Assembly: GCA_002633005.1 (NCBI GenBank)
Contig: NMRA01000126.1
Coordinates: 415,914-479,913 of the forward strand
From: Phoronis australis
Taxonomy: Eukaryota > Animalia > Phoronida
Direction: 5' to 3'
Length of the DNA stretch: 64,000 nt
The position numbers and the translations under genes were made by a program. The notes under the pieces are model-generated. The model did no database searches and was not told where the DNA came from. It was given only the letters and a program-made list of their open reading frames with translations. Below, piece after piece: positions 26,316 through 37,799 of the stretch (the stretch's first letter is position 1; each line of letters opens with the position of its first letter).

Positions 26316-28035
26316 CAAGGATATACCCAGGTTTCAAATCCCTGCTCGCCAGTTGGGCGAGTAATCTAGAAAATGTACTCGCCCAGCCCGAAGTTCAGTC
26401 GCCCGGCTGTTTGCGTCTGTCACCACAAACTTGCTGCCAGTGTCAATAAAAATCATCGCTTCCTGCATTGATGTCACCATCTATTAGGGCTACCATATTC
26501 ACCCTAATAAGTGCCCAGGGTGCTTAGGAAAATTCATTTCGGAAGAGGGGCACTTGTTGTAGCCTAAGGCGGTTGAAACCCGGTCTCCGAAACAAGCGGA
26601 ATCGGAAGCTAGGATTCATCAATTTTACGCGCTGTGATGTATCTGGAACCTATGACAGACTTTCTACAAAATTTTGGTGTATTGCTATCAAACTTTGTTG
26701 TTAAATTACGATTTTTTTATAAAAAATGTGCTGAAATGCCAGGGCAAAAACTTGCCGACTGATGCGTCGCTGCCTCGCGATCGTCGATAGGGCAACTTGA
26801 ATTCTTGAGTAAAAATACAGTTTCGACTCAACAAATTACCTGAAATCCTCTTTAAGGTTTCCAAATAGCATCCCTAAAGTTTCTAAGTTCCTGTGGAGTC
26901 GAGATTAACCGTAGATTAAGTCCAAATCTGCGCTAGATCGCACCCCGGAACATGAGAAAAATCTGACGAATACACATGTTGCTGTCAGGTGACATTTGTT
27001 TTGAAGTTCGTCTGCGTGTGTGTGTGCCAAGTGAGCGAGCACGTGCGTGTCATCAGAGTTCATTTGCCAGAGAAGCTGGCCCACATATATGTAGGCTCTA
27101 GCGCGCTTCTTGGCCATGTGCTCATTAACACTGGTCAAGTTTTGATTCGCGGTTTTTTCGTGTACGTAATCTGCGTTCCTGTTGAGGGAGAAGAGATGTA
27201 CGGGAAAGATACAATAAATCCTGTTGACAAATGCGCTGTCTCTGTTCTGAAAGGCCTGGCCATGTAGTGAGACACGTTCCTTGCAAGATCAGCAAAACTT
27301 TTGCATTCTTTTTGAAGCACTGTGAAAGTTTGAAGTGTATAGCCACGGCTAAATACCGACAAAGGGCAACATAGCGATGAGGCTCGTGGTCTAGAATTTC
27401 CGCGCACATTAATTTTAAGGGCTTTTGGATATTATTGAAAAATTGAAGACATTACTGTAGAATTTTAAAACTGAAGGTAAGGCATTTTTCGCATATGTAC
27501 ACGTTCGGACCGGGCACTTATTTTAGCGAAGTCTGAAAACGAGTGGGGGGGTTGCTTACAGGGGCATGGGCGCTTTTTAGGACGAATGTTATTATTTATA
27601 AAATAATTTTGGCTAAAATGACATTGTACCTTATATTGGAAATCAGTTCCAATACTAATGGTATTTCACTTGCTGTGAACACATGGACCGGTCTTCCGCC
27701 TTTCCCCCCTTTTCTTTGTTTTGGACTAGTCCACAAATTCCTTTGTCTAGAAGAATTGCGTAACGGTTGGCATCTACTGAATTGGTAGGATCGCACTGCG
27801 CCAATGCTTTTTACAGCAGGAGCATCGACACGCTGACTAAATTGAACCTTAAATTCATGATAAAAACAGCACATTAGGAGGAGAAAATTTATTTATGTTC
27901 ATCTGGGAAAGGATATAGTGTTTTTGCGCTCTGCAAATTCGCTCGCCACCTGGGCGACCGGCAAGTCAATTTCTACTCGCCCAGCACCATTTTTACTCTC
28001 ATTGGTGACTGGGGGAGTGGCTAAGTATATTCTTG
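26316..28035 (+). mobile_element. hAT-like element E containing a nested family A copy (26493-27590)
   Basis: Imperfect TIR CAAGGATATAC ... GTATATTCTTG and CTCGCCCAG subterminal motifs; A copy starts TA|CCATATTCACCCTAATAAG. No clean TSD seen. Confidence 0.65.
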
Positions 28036-28917
28036 CTATAAATGCACAGACAACACTAGTTTTGATTAGTTGTGATTTTCTTCAATAGATGGCATGAACG
28101 TAGAGTAGAAGGCTTTTACTGTGACTGATGGCTGGTGTATGTTCAATTGCCATACACTGTATACACAAGCTTGTTCTTCAGCTTGAGATTATACATGTGA
28201 ATACTTACTTGGTGTTTCGCACAAATCTGCTCCTTGTAATTTCTTACTTTCACGATTAATCCTTTCGATGGTTGAAGCAGCAATGAAGGCGTGTTCCTTC
28301 TCTGATTTAGACAATCATCTTTCCTCAAAAAAATGGTCTCTACTTGTCCCAGACATAGAAGTCTGTTTGGTCTTGCAAAGGTCTGACTGTTGGTTATTTC
28401 TTGAGATTATGCTCAGTAAATAAAACAACACGACAAAAACTGTGTCAAGACTAACATCAAAATACAATCATATACGTTAGTTTTCATACAGCTAGCTCAG
28501 GCTGGTTATCCCTAGAGACTCGTATTTAGTTTGCTATCACTGCACCATTTCTTGTATCTGCACTGTATACATTGTTGCACTGTATACTGTGCATGCAGTG
28601 GGTGCATATCAATGCTCCTTGTTGCTCTTGTTGGTCGTTTTGTGGTTTTCAGGTATTTATGTGCATTTTAAGCAAGCATTACTATTTTATGAATCTTGCA
28701 TTTTGTTTTTATTGGCTTTGTGCTTCTGCAGCCGCATTCTCCTTACTTTTATCCAAAAGGTAAAAAGTCTCTATTTTCGGAAAATAGAGTCTTGGGGCAT
28801 ACTTTCAGAAATACCTGGTACTCGTTCTGTTGGGTTCTTAGCAAAGCGAGTACAATTTTTCAGATCAGATTAATATATGTGAAATAACTATAATGTCTCT
28901 TTGTCACGTTATTTCAG

Positions 28918-29041
28918 CCGTTGCTTGAGCTTCTGAAGAGGAAAGGTGTTTCACGCTTGCCCATTGGTGTCTCTGTCACTGGTCAGGTGGAACAAGTTGG
29001 ACATGCTGTATCCACCCTTAAAGAAGGAGATACTGTGGCGG
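28918..29041 (+). CDS. CRYZL1: CRYZL1 exon 3
   Basis: atttcag|PLLELLKRKGVSRLPIGVSVTGQVEQVGHAVSTLKEGDTVA(G)|gtaagg; MDR-family G.V..VG..V..L..GD.V motif. Confidence 0.92.
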
Positions 29042-29043
29042 GT

Positions 29044-29610
29044 AAGGCAGAACTGTGCAGCAATGTATAATAAGAGTTAACTAACTAGAACTGTTCAACA
29101 ATTTATATAGTGAGAGATGTTAAGGCTGAACTGTGCAGCAATGGTAAGAGTTAATTAACTTGAACTGTTCAACAATGTATATAGTGAGAGATGTCAAGGC
29201 TGAACTGTGCAACGAGGTATAGTGAGAGATGATTAGGCATAACTGTACAATAATGTATAGTCACTGTGCTAGATTCTAAGGCTGAACTGTACAACAGTAT
29301 TAAGTGAGAGATGCCAAGGCAGACCTATGCAACTAGGTATAGTGAGATGATAAGGCAAAGCTGTACAACAAGATACAGTGAGAGATGCTGGACTGTGCAA
29401 CAATGTGAGAAATTCTAAAACAGAATTGTGCAACAAGGTATTGTGAGAGATGGTTAGACAGAACTGTTGAACAATGTATAATGAGAGATGCTAAGACTGA
29501 ACCTGAAGCAGTGTCTTTAGAGAAAGATTCTCCGGCAGAACAGTGCAACAATGTATAGTCATTTGAGAGATGATAAGGCAGAGCTGTGCAACAAGGTGTC
29601 AGTAAGAGAG
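29044..29610 (+). repeat. Degenerate ~38-40 bp minisatellite (AAGGCAGAACTGTGCAACAATGTATATAGTGAGAGATG-like)
   Basis: Roughly 13-14 diverged tandem units starting at the exon 3 donor. Confidence 0.85.
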
Positions 29611-30355
29611 GGATATACTTAGCCACTCTCCCAGTTGCCAATGCGAGTAAAAATGGTGCTAGGCGAGTAGAAGTTGACTTGCTGGTCACCCAGGTGGCGA
29701 ACGAATTTTCAGAGCACAAAAACACTGTATCGTTTCCCAGATAATGAATAAATTTTTTCCTCCTTGTGCTGTTTTTATTATGAATTTAAGGTTCTTTTTG
29801 GTTAGCATGTCGATTCTCCTGCAGTGAAAAGCATCGGCACAGTGCGATCCTACCGATTTAGTAGATGCCACCTGTTAAGCAATTCGTCTAGACAAAAGTT
29901 CACAGTGTGTGGTCGTGCACAAAGGAATTTGATAATTTCTTATTGTAATGTACAATGTCATTTTAACCAAAATTATTTTATAAATAATAACATTCGTCCT
30001 AATAAGCGCCCATGCCTCGATAAGCACCCCCCTCATTTTCAGGCTTCGCTAAAATAAGTGCCCTGTCCAAACGTGTACATATGCAAAAAATGCCATACCT
30101 GCAGTTCTAAAATTCTAACAGTAATGTTTTCAAAGTATCAATAATATCCGACAGTCCTGACCAATCGTTGTGCATGGAATTTCTAGACCTCGAGCCTCGC
30201 CACAGTGTCGCCTTTTGTCGGTATTTAGCCATGGCTGTTCACCTCAAACTTTGGCAGTGCTTCAAACAGAATGTAAAAGTTTTGCTGATGTTGCGAGGAA
30301 TGTGTCCCACTATATGGCCAGGCCTTTCAGAACAGATGCAGCGTATTTGTCAACG
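29609..30355 (-). mobile_element. Inverted partial copy of the E+A composite (matches about 27220-28035)
   Basis: Same E terminus (GGGATATACTTAGCCACTC) and same A/E junction, in reverse complement. Confidence 0.8.
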
Positions 30356-30479
30356 AGATTAGATTGTTTACTTTTTACCAATCTGTCATTAATAAGTCTA
30401 TGTGACTATGTCCTATTAGTAAAACGGAGCAAAAAAGGACTACAGTGATAGAAAAACAACGTCGTCAGTACCATGGTCA

Positions 30480-31350
30480 ATTTTTATGTGCCCACATATG
30501 TTTTTATGTGGGTGCATATTGCCGTCATTTCTTTCTGGGCATCCGGCGTCTGCAGCTGTATGTCCTAAAGCCCTTACAGGATCTTAACGAGATTTCAATT
30601 GGTAGATGTGTTCATATGAAGGTGATCCAACTACCACTGTGCCCTGTAGTAGTAATTTTATTTTTTACGGTTTTCTTTGTATGTTTGGAAATCTTAGATG
30701 GATTTTCTTGAAATTTGGCAAATAGGTTTCTATTATAAAGACAACGACACCTTCAGATGGATTTGATGATTCTGAACCACCTAGTGGCCATTTTTTTAAT
30801 TTTCAAGTGATTTTTTTGGCATCTACCTCTCTATGTGTTTAAAAAATCATTATGAAAAGTGGCAGCTATGTTCCCTATGAGGGGATTGAGGCCGAAATTG
30901 ATTTTCACTACTCTGACGTCCCCTAGTGGGGATTTTGTTTTTTTGCGTCCACGACGGATTTGGTGTTTTTTTGCACTACTTGGTGGTCATTTAAATTTTT
31001 TGCTTGATGTATGTTTTTGATGTCTGCCTCTCCGTTTCTCAAATCACTTTTTGAAAATTGACAGTTGTGTTCCTGATGTGAAAATCCTTATTAGCTGACG
31101 TTGATTTTTGGATGTTTTTGACTATTCTGGCACCCCTTAAGGGCAATTTTGCTTTTTTTCATGTACGGTGGTACTTCCTTAACACTTTGAAGGTTCTGTG
31201 CTAAATTTGACATATGGGCTCCTATAGAGATGGCAACAGATAATGATAACTTTCAAACCAATCGGACTATAGTAGGTTGTGCCCCCTAGTTTCAATTGTA
31301 TTTTACTTTTGCCCCCATTTATTAGGAGTTACCATAATTGACTTATTGTA
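30480..31350 (+). mobile_element. HINE/Helentron-like element with internal degenerate tandem repeats
   Basis: 5' TTTTTATGTGCCCACATA..TATGTGGG stem-loop, then repeating GATGGATTTTC..GAAATTTGGCA..CCCTAGTGG units. Related tracts at about 4530-4740, 14930-15310, 33500-33990, 46830-47350, 52051-53400 and 61690-62340 (-). Confidence 0.55.
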
Positions 31351-32649
31351 ATGAAATTTGTCTCACAATTGTATATTACAGAGATGGCGCCATTTTTATG
31401 TTTCTGAAAACACCCATGCAAGCACACCCTTTGTTTTGTTGTCGTAGGCGCATTTCAGTGCTCTGCATTTTGTCGTCCAAGATGAGATCTCAAAACAATG
31501 TTAAAATGGTTGGTTTTTGTTTCATTCAACTTAAAAAAGTGTTTTCAGTCATGAAAATGGAGAAGTGAACGTTTTAAAAACATTTCCTAACAATGTTTTG
31601 TAGAAAAGCACATGAAGTGCATTATTTGAAAGTTTCACTTAATCAAATTTACCACTTGTGAAATGTGATGCTCTAAACTTTGAACATTTTCTAGAGTCTT
31701 GCATAACCTAAAGGGGATTCATACCTGCACTAGCCTCTGCTGATGGTTGCATATGAATTGAAGGCTATATTGGTGATATAACATGGTATTTATAAAATAT
31801 TGACTGTTTTGCCTTCATCAAAGCTTGGCTAATTCAAGGAGCTACTTGATGCGTTGTTGTACAAATTTAGATTATAAGCGTCATAATAGTCGGCAATGTC
31901 TATTGATGAACTTTTCTGTGAAAAAATTGGAAGTAGACTCCCACTGCCAATAAAATCATGAATATCGAACTACTATTTTTATGTTCACTATAAATAAATG
32001 TTATGCCTCTTATATGGCAAAACATTGCTGCTCAAAAATAAACACAATATATTATGTGCATAGAATTTGGTGAAAGGCACTTAGGACTCGGTCAAGTAGA
32101 GACCAAAAGGTGTGAAGGTATTAATTTATTTTATTTCTCATCCTTTTATTTCATTATTAGGAAACTTGTGTGACCCTATTTGAAAAAGCTTATATTTGGC
32201 CTGGTAGTTAAGACTCTGGAAATTGATTTCTGTTATGGTTTACAGGTTTTTGTAGCATTAATTGACTGGCTCTCAGATTAATAAAGGCACTGCTGGTAAA
32301 ATGAAGCTGTTGCACCATGTTCTGGCTTTAAAAAATCTACTAAGACTTGCTCTTCCAAAGAAACATCTCATTCTTATCCTTTGTCTGACCTAAAGTTGAT
32401 TACAATAAATTGTTTGGGATTCCCTTGACATCTGTACTTAAATAGGCAACTGCAAAAATAATGTGCACTGACAATTAAGGTATAATTTCTTCGAATTCAA
32501 GTGCAAATAATGACCAAAATGTTCATTTTTCAAAAGCTCTGTGTATTGCCAAAATGTTCAAAATTTCGTCATGTCTGGTGATGACAGCCATACTAAGGAT
32601 TTGCAGTTGCTGGTAAAGTGGGTCTGCTCTGAAGGAATTGATGAGTTAC

Positions 32650-32680
32650 GGTGGGTGGGTGGGTGGGCGGGCGGGCGGGC
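32650..32680 (+). repeat. (GGGT)n(GGGC)n microsatellite with G-quadruplex potential
   Basis: Seven GGG runs separated by 1-nt loops. Confidence 0.85.
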
Positions 32681-33997
32681 AAGTAGGTTAGATAATTTAT
32701 TGAGCTTTGATATTGTAATATGACCAGCCTTCTTACACAATGAAGTCTAGGATTCTAACTGGAGGCTGTGTGAGTCGCTTGTATGAGAGCCCTCTCTTAA
32801 AACTTAATAGACGCTGACGACCTGTCAGTGTTTTACACATTAAATTAAGCAAACAGAAACCACATTTTTTATTACTCCCATTTGTCACTGGGGTGTTGAA
32901 AGTTATTTGGCCAGAGAACACATAGGCATTCTTAACGAGTAAATAATGACTGTCATTAATATAAAAATTTGAAGTTTTGGAGCAGTACGTCTTATTTTAG
33001 CAGAATATATATTTTTTGCAAATTGTTGAAATCCAGTTTAAAACTTAAGATTCATTATCTGGTCAGTTCTCATCAAACCTAGAAACTACCGGTATTTGTC
33101 ACCTGAGTAAGGAACAAGATCGGAGACTGGGTTAGTGGCCTAAATCCAACCTTGGTTTTGACAGAAGTAGGTTTATTGTCCCTTTAATAACTTAACTCAA
33201 CTTTTGTGGACCTTTTTTAAAGAAAGGTATTTCATTCTATAAAGCATGCCATTGGAAGAACAGTTTTTTGCAATGGCAAATTATTTTGTAATTATAACCA
33301 ATTTAATAAAGGTTTAATTTTAACCATACACACGATTATTCATTTATTGTGATATATTGTGCTTGGGGTATGCGACGAGCTATGTTGCAGAATAAAACAA
33401 GATTAGGGTTGTCGTATAATGCCATTTATTGTGATGTAAGTAGAAAAGACTGTGCAAGACGGGATAGGGAAATATGCCATGATGGCATGTTGTCATCTCT
33501 GTGCGGCATCCACTGCTATATCTCCAAATTCCCTTGATGGATCTTCATGAAAGTTGACAGATGTGCACCTATGGAGATGATTATGTCTTTAGAATGGATC
33601 TGGTTACTGCTGTGCCTAATTCAAGAGACAATTTTAGTATTCTGTATCTTCAGCCTCCCTTGATGGATTTTCATGTCATTTGGTGAATAGGTTTCTTTGG
33701 AGATGATGGTGCTTCCTATTTTTGAAGAGATTTAACATTTTCTATGCCACTGTAACTGGCCATTTTTATTTTTAACCTGTCTGTTTTTGGCCTCTGTCTC
33801 TTTCTGTCATGCCAATCATTATAAAAATTGGGAGATTTATTCCTGCTCACAAAATCGCTTAGTGACCTTTATTTTTGGATAGGTCCCACTGCTGTGACAC
33901 CCCTTAATTTGCTTTTGTTTTTGTGGCTGACTATAGCTCCTTAACCTCTATCAGAAAATTTTTGAAACTGTCAAGTAGGTATTTTATATTAAGGATA

Positions 33998-35503
33998 CCG
34001 TATTCACCGTAATAACCACCCATGCCCCTATAAGCGCCCCCACGCGTTTTCAGACTGCTAAAATAAGGGCCCAGTCCATGAACGCGTATGTACGAAAAAT
34101 GCCTTATCTACAGTACTAAAATTTTACAGTAACGTCTTCAATTTATCAATAATATCCGACAGTCATGAACAAAATCATTGTGCGCCAAATTTGTAGACCA
34201 CGAGCCCCGCCGCTATGTCGGTATTTAGCCGTGACTATACACTTCAAACTTCCGCCATGCCTCAAAACGAACACAAAAGTTCTGCAGATATTGCGAGAAC
34301 CAATGGTGCGGCCTTTCAGAACAGAAGTGGTGTACTTGTCTACGGGATTGCTTTGTAGATATTTCCCGCTTTCAACAGGAATCCAAATTTCTTTGTAGGC
34401 CTACACGTAAAAACTGCGAATCGAAGACTAATAATAAGCTTGGCCAGTGTTAAAAGCACGTGGCCAAGAAGCGCGCGCTACATACATGAACCTGTCATCA
34501 AAGACATTAGTCGGGAACTATCCATTCATGAAACAGGTCACATAGCATCAATAAGAAATGAATATTGGCACTAGTTTCCGACAGTTTCTAATACTATAAA
34601 AAAAAATTGCGTTATTTTTTAGATGAATTGTTTGATTAACCATAATTGGTGTTTTTAAGCCAAATATCCGATAAAATGACCACTGACAGTGAATGCTTAC
34701 ACACCCTTACACAGAAAAATAACTGTCAGATAATCACGTACGCATCCAGCCACACGGCGACTAATATGGCCTTGTCAAGACAAGTGTCGAACGTTTTTAG
34801 CACATGAGACCGGCAAGTGCTGAATGAAACACGCTCTGGTTAAGACCTACTGCTTGTGCAATACAATGCACATCTAGCTCGTTAAATTGCGTGGCTATGG
34901 CCAAAAGACGGTCTCTGCTCTGGCAAATGAAATCTGGTGACACGCACATGCTCGCTTACTCACAAACGCAGACAACTTCAAAACAAACGTCACGTGACAA
35001 CAACATGTGTGTTCGTCCAGACATTTTTCTCATGTTGCCGATCTTACGTGATGTAGATGGCACGATGTAGCACAGATTTGTACTTAAACCTGCCATGATC
35101 CCGACTCCACGGGAACTTAAAAATCTTATGGACGCTACTTGGAAAACTTAAGGAGGATTTCAGGTAATGTGCTTGAGTCGAAACTGTATTTTTATTCAAG
35201 CATTCAAGTCGCCATATCGACGATTGCGAGGCAGGCAGTCGGCGAGTTTTTGCCCTGCGATTTCAGCACAATTTTCTGTAAAATGATTGTAATTTAGCAG
35301 TAAAGTTTGATAGCAATGCACCACGGTTTTGTAGAAAGTCTTTTATAGATTACAGATACGTCACGGAGCGTAAATATGATGAAACTTAGCTTCCGATTTC
35401 ACCCGTTTTGGAGACCGGGTTTCAACGGCCTTGGGTTATAATAAGCGCCCCCCCCGAAACGAACTTTTCTAAGCTCCCTGGGCGGTTATTATGGCGAATA
35501 CGG
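33998..35503 (-). mobile_element. Family A element, longest uninterrupted copy
   Basis: TA|CCGTATTCACCGTAATAACC ... GGCGGTTATTATGGCGAATACGG|TA. Confidence 0.88.
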
Positions 35504-35740
35504 TAAGACAACTCCTTTCCATCTGCAGATAGACCTAGGGGTTGTTTATGTCATTTACATGATTGTCTGCTTGTTTTCCGCCTCTATCTGTCAAACTGCT
35601 CGAAGAATCCTGAAACTCAATAGCAAAAATGATATTCTGTTGATAATCAGATTAAAGTAATAGTGTTTATCTTCTATCAGCATCGCATTTTGGCAATTGT
35701 ATTTGTTCAGTGTCTGTTATAAAGCATACAGAGTTCAGAT

Positions 35741-35997
35741 TCACGGCACAACTTCATAAAACTGATATCCTGCTTTCACCATCATGTCGTATGGATATTC
35801 TTCAGATTTGGCATTGTTAAGTTCGCATGTGTACTCGTTGTTGGCACTTGACGTTCTTTTAATGTTGATCGACTTGCAGTTCCAGTCTCTTGTACAAATC
35901 CCTATGCAATGCGTTACCGTTGCTGCTATCTCCGTGCGTATGCTGTGATTAACCAGATTTTGGTTGTTTCCATTCTTCCGATATCTTCTCATGATGG
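35741..35997 (-). CDS. Nested secreted lectin gene, exon 5 (PAN/Apple-like domain, stop)
   Basis: attatag|(S)IMRRYRK...CIGICTRDWNCKSINIKRTSSANNEYTCELNN...GYQFYEVVP*; an alternative in-frame acceptor would start the exon at 36021. Confidence 0.8.
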
Positions 35998-36294
35998 CTA
36001 TAATGTTTACAGAGAATATACCTGATATTGACGGTATTGACAGTAACCATGACAATTATTATGTGTGGATAATTAATATGACGGCAATTCTAATAATCAA
36101 TGTTTTTTTCTAATTTATAATAATTATTAGAATGATCTGGATTTTTTATTGTCCAATGTAACTGCAGTTCCCTGGAATTTTACCCATATTAGCAGTTTGG
36201 TTAATCCCCTCGACTTTTCCAAAATTATTTTTTCTGTGCTCAGCACAAACCCGGGCAATTAATGTTAGTGCTACATAAAAAGTGATACTCATAC

Positions 36295-36474
36295 ATTGGC
36301 ATTCTGTAGTTGTCTCGCACATCTCACTTTCCGAAGCACTCCCTGTGCATGTGCTGCCCCCATGCTGTGGCGCAGGATTAGTACACTGTCTAGTGCGAGT
36401 TCTCATTCCTCGTCGACACGTCACGGAGCACTGCGACCAACTCACCCAGCTTGTCCATCCTCCATTGATGGGCT
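36295..36474 (-). CDS. Nested gene exon 4 (thrombospondin type-1 repeat)
   Basis: tttacag|(E)PINGGWTSWVSWSQCSVTCRRGMRTRTRQCTNPAPQHGGSTCTGSASESEMCETTTECQ|gtatga; WxxWxxW, CSVTC and RxRxRxC motifs; phase 1/1. Confidence 0.93.
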
Positions 36475-36598
36475 CTGTAAATACACCAGTGATCACAATA
36501 GGAAACTTACTAAACACAAAACAATAGCCTGCTCTATGTGAGATGACTAGTATAAAGAATCACGTACAGTTTGGAAATAGTAATGATTCCAAACTTAC

Positions 36599-36807
36599 CT
36601 TTGTAGACTGTTTCACAAATGTAGGACTTGGTGTTATGAGAACAGTCGACAACTTTCCAGTTTCGAGATCCACCATCACCAATAACACAGTCGCCATTCG
36701 CCTTATTTGGTTCACCACCTTTCCATTTGGCATAGACCATCTGAGACCCATCGACCCAGTAAAAAGTATCCACACTTCTGTTGTACCTTAGTCCAATTAT
36801 CCATTTG
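36599..36807 (-). CDS. Nested gene exon 3 (C-type lectin domain, C-terminal half)
   Basis: cttaaag|(D)KWIIGLRYNRSVDTFYWVDGSQMVYAKWKGGEPNKANGDCVIGDGGSRNWKVVDCSHNTKSYICETVYK|gtaagt. Confidence 0.92.
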
Positions 36808-37532
36808 CTTTAAGTACGGAAAAACGAGATTAAAAAGACTGAGGTTCCTTTTTGTGGCTGTCAACACTTGTGTACTGACTGACCTCAACTCTAGAAATTA
36901 AGCATACCGTATGGCTCTTCCTGGTTAAAGCCTAGGTCACTTAAATGGAAGATCTTGAGAGTCATGGATTGGAGTAAAGCCTAAGGTAGGTGTTTAAAAA
37001 ATGAGTGTGGATGTTTATCTGCATAGATCTCTGGTACAAGAGTCAAATAACACAATCAGCAGAGAGTACATGTATCCCGGCCCTCTCAAGTAAGACAAGG
37101 TGCCACCAAACACAGTTCAATACAACTTATGGAAACTATGATTTGCATGAGACGGGCATCATCAAATTCACAAGCATTTTGAAGGAGGCCGGTCTTTGTT
37201 GGAAGTGGGTATGAAACTAAGTGCTTGGGAATTTGGAAATAAATTTTGCAAGCGACATAAAACTGAACATGGTGGTTAACCAGGACAACTAATGATATAA
37301 TGTCAGAACAACATAACACAGCATTTTTCATTGGCAGTGCTCTTAACTCAATATTGACATTTTTCCCTAGTTTATCCTGTTGACTTCACTAAGTATGTCT
37401 GATGGCAGTGGCTTACCATTTTTATTGTTTTAACCTTTTTTTATCTTTCTTGAAACTTAGCCTTGGGCTCACATTTAAACAATTTGTACTTTTCAATAAC
37501 CTAGATAATTATATGATTCAATACAAAATTAC

Positions 37533-37707
37533 TCTGGAGATGAGAATGCTGTGTTCAAGTGATTCTTCTTGGGTTCACTACTGGCAATCACAAGTCTCGC
37601 CCCCTGTTGTTGACACTGAGTGTTGGCACTGTCCCAGGAGATGTCTGTCACTGCTATCCACATACATGTCGTTTCGTTGCGTATAACATCCGTGTAATTC
37701 TGACATG
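37533..37707 (-). CDS. Nested gene exon 2 (C-type lectin domain, N-terminal half)
   Basis: tttttaag|(S)CQNYTDVIRNETTCMWIAVTDISWDSANTQCQQQGARLVIASSEPKKNHLNTAFSSP|gtaatt; phase 1/2, compatible with both neighbours. Confidence 0.88.
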
Positions 37708-37799
37708 CTTAAAAAAAGCAAATATTTCAGTGTTGGTTAAAAATGTCTATATGCTTTCTAAGTTAAGTTTTACATCTGCTCAACAAAAACGTTGATGTA

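Noticed and set aside
29333-29725. 130-aa minus-strand ORF
   Set aside because: Runs through the minisatellite and a transposon end; no coding features.
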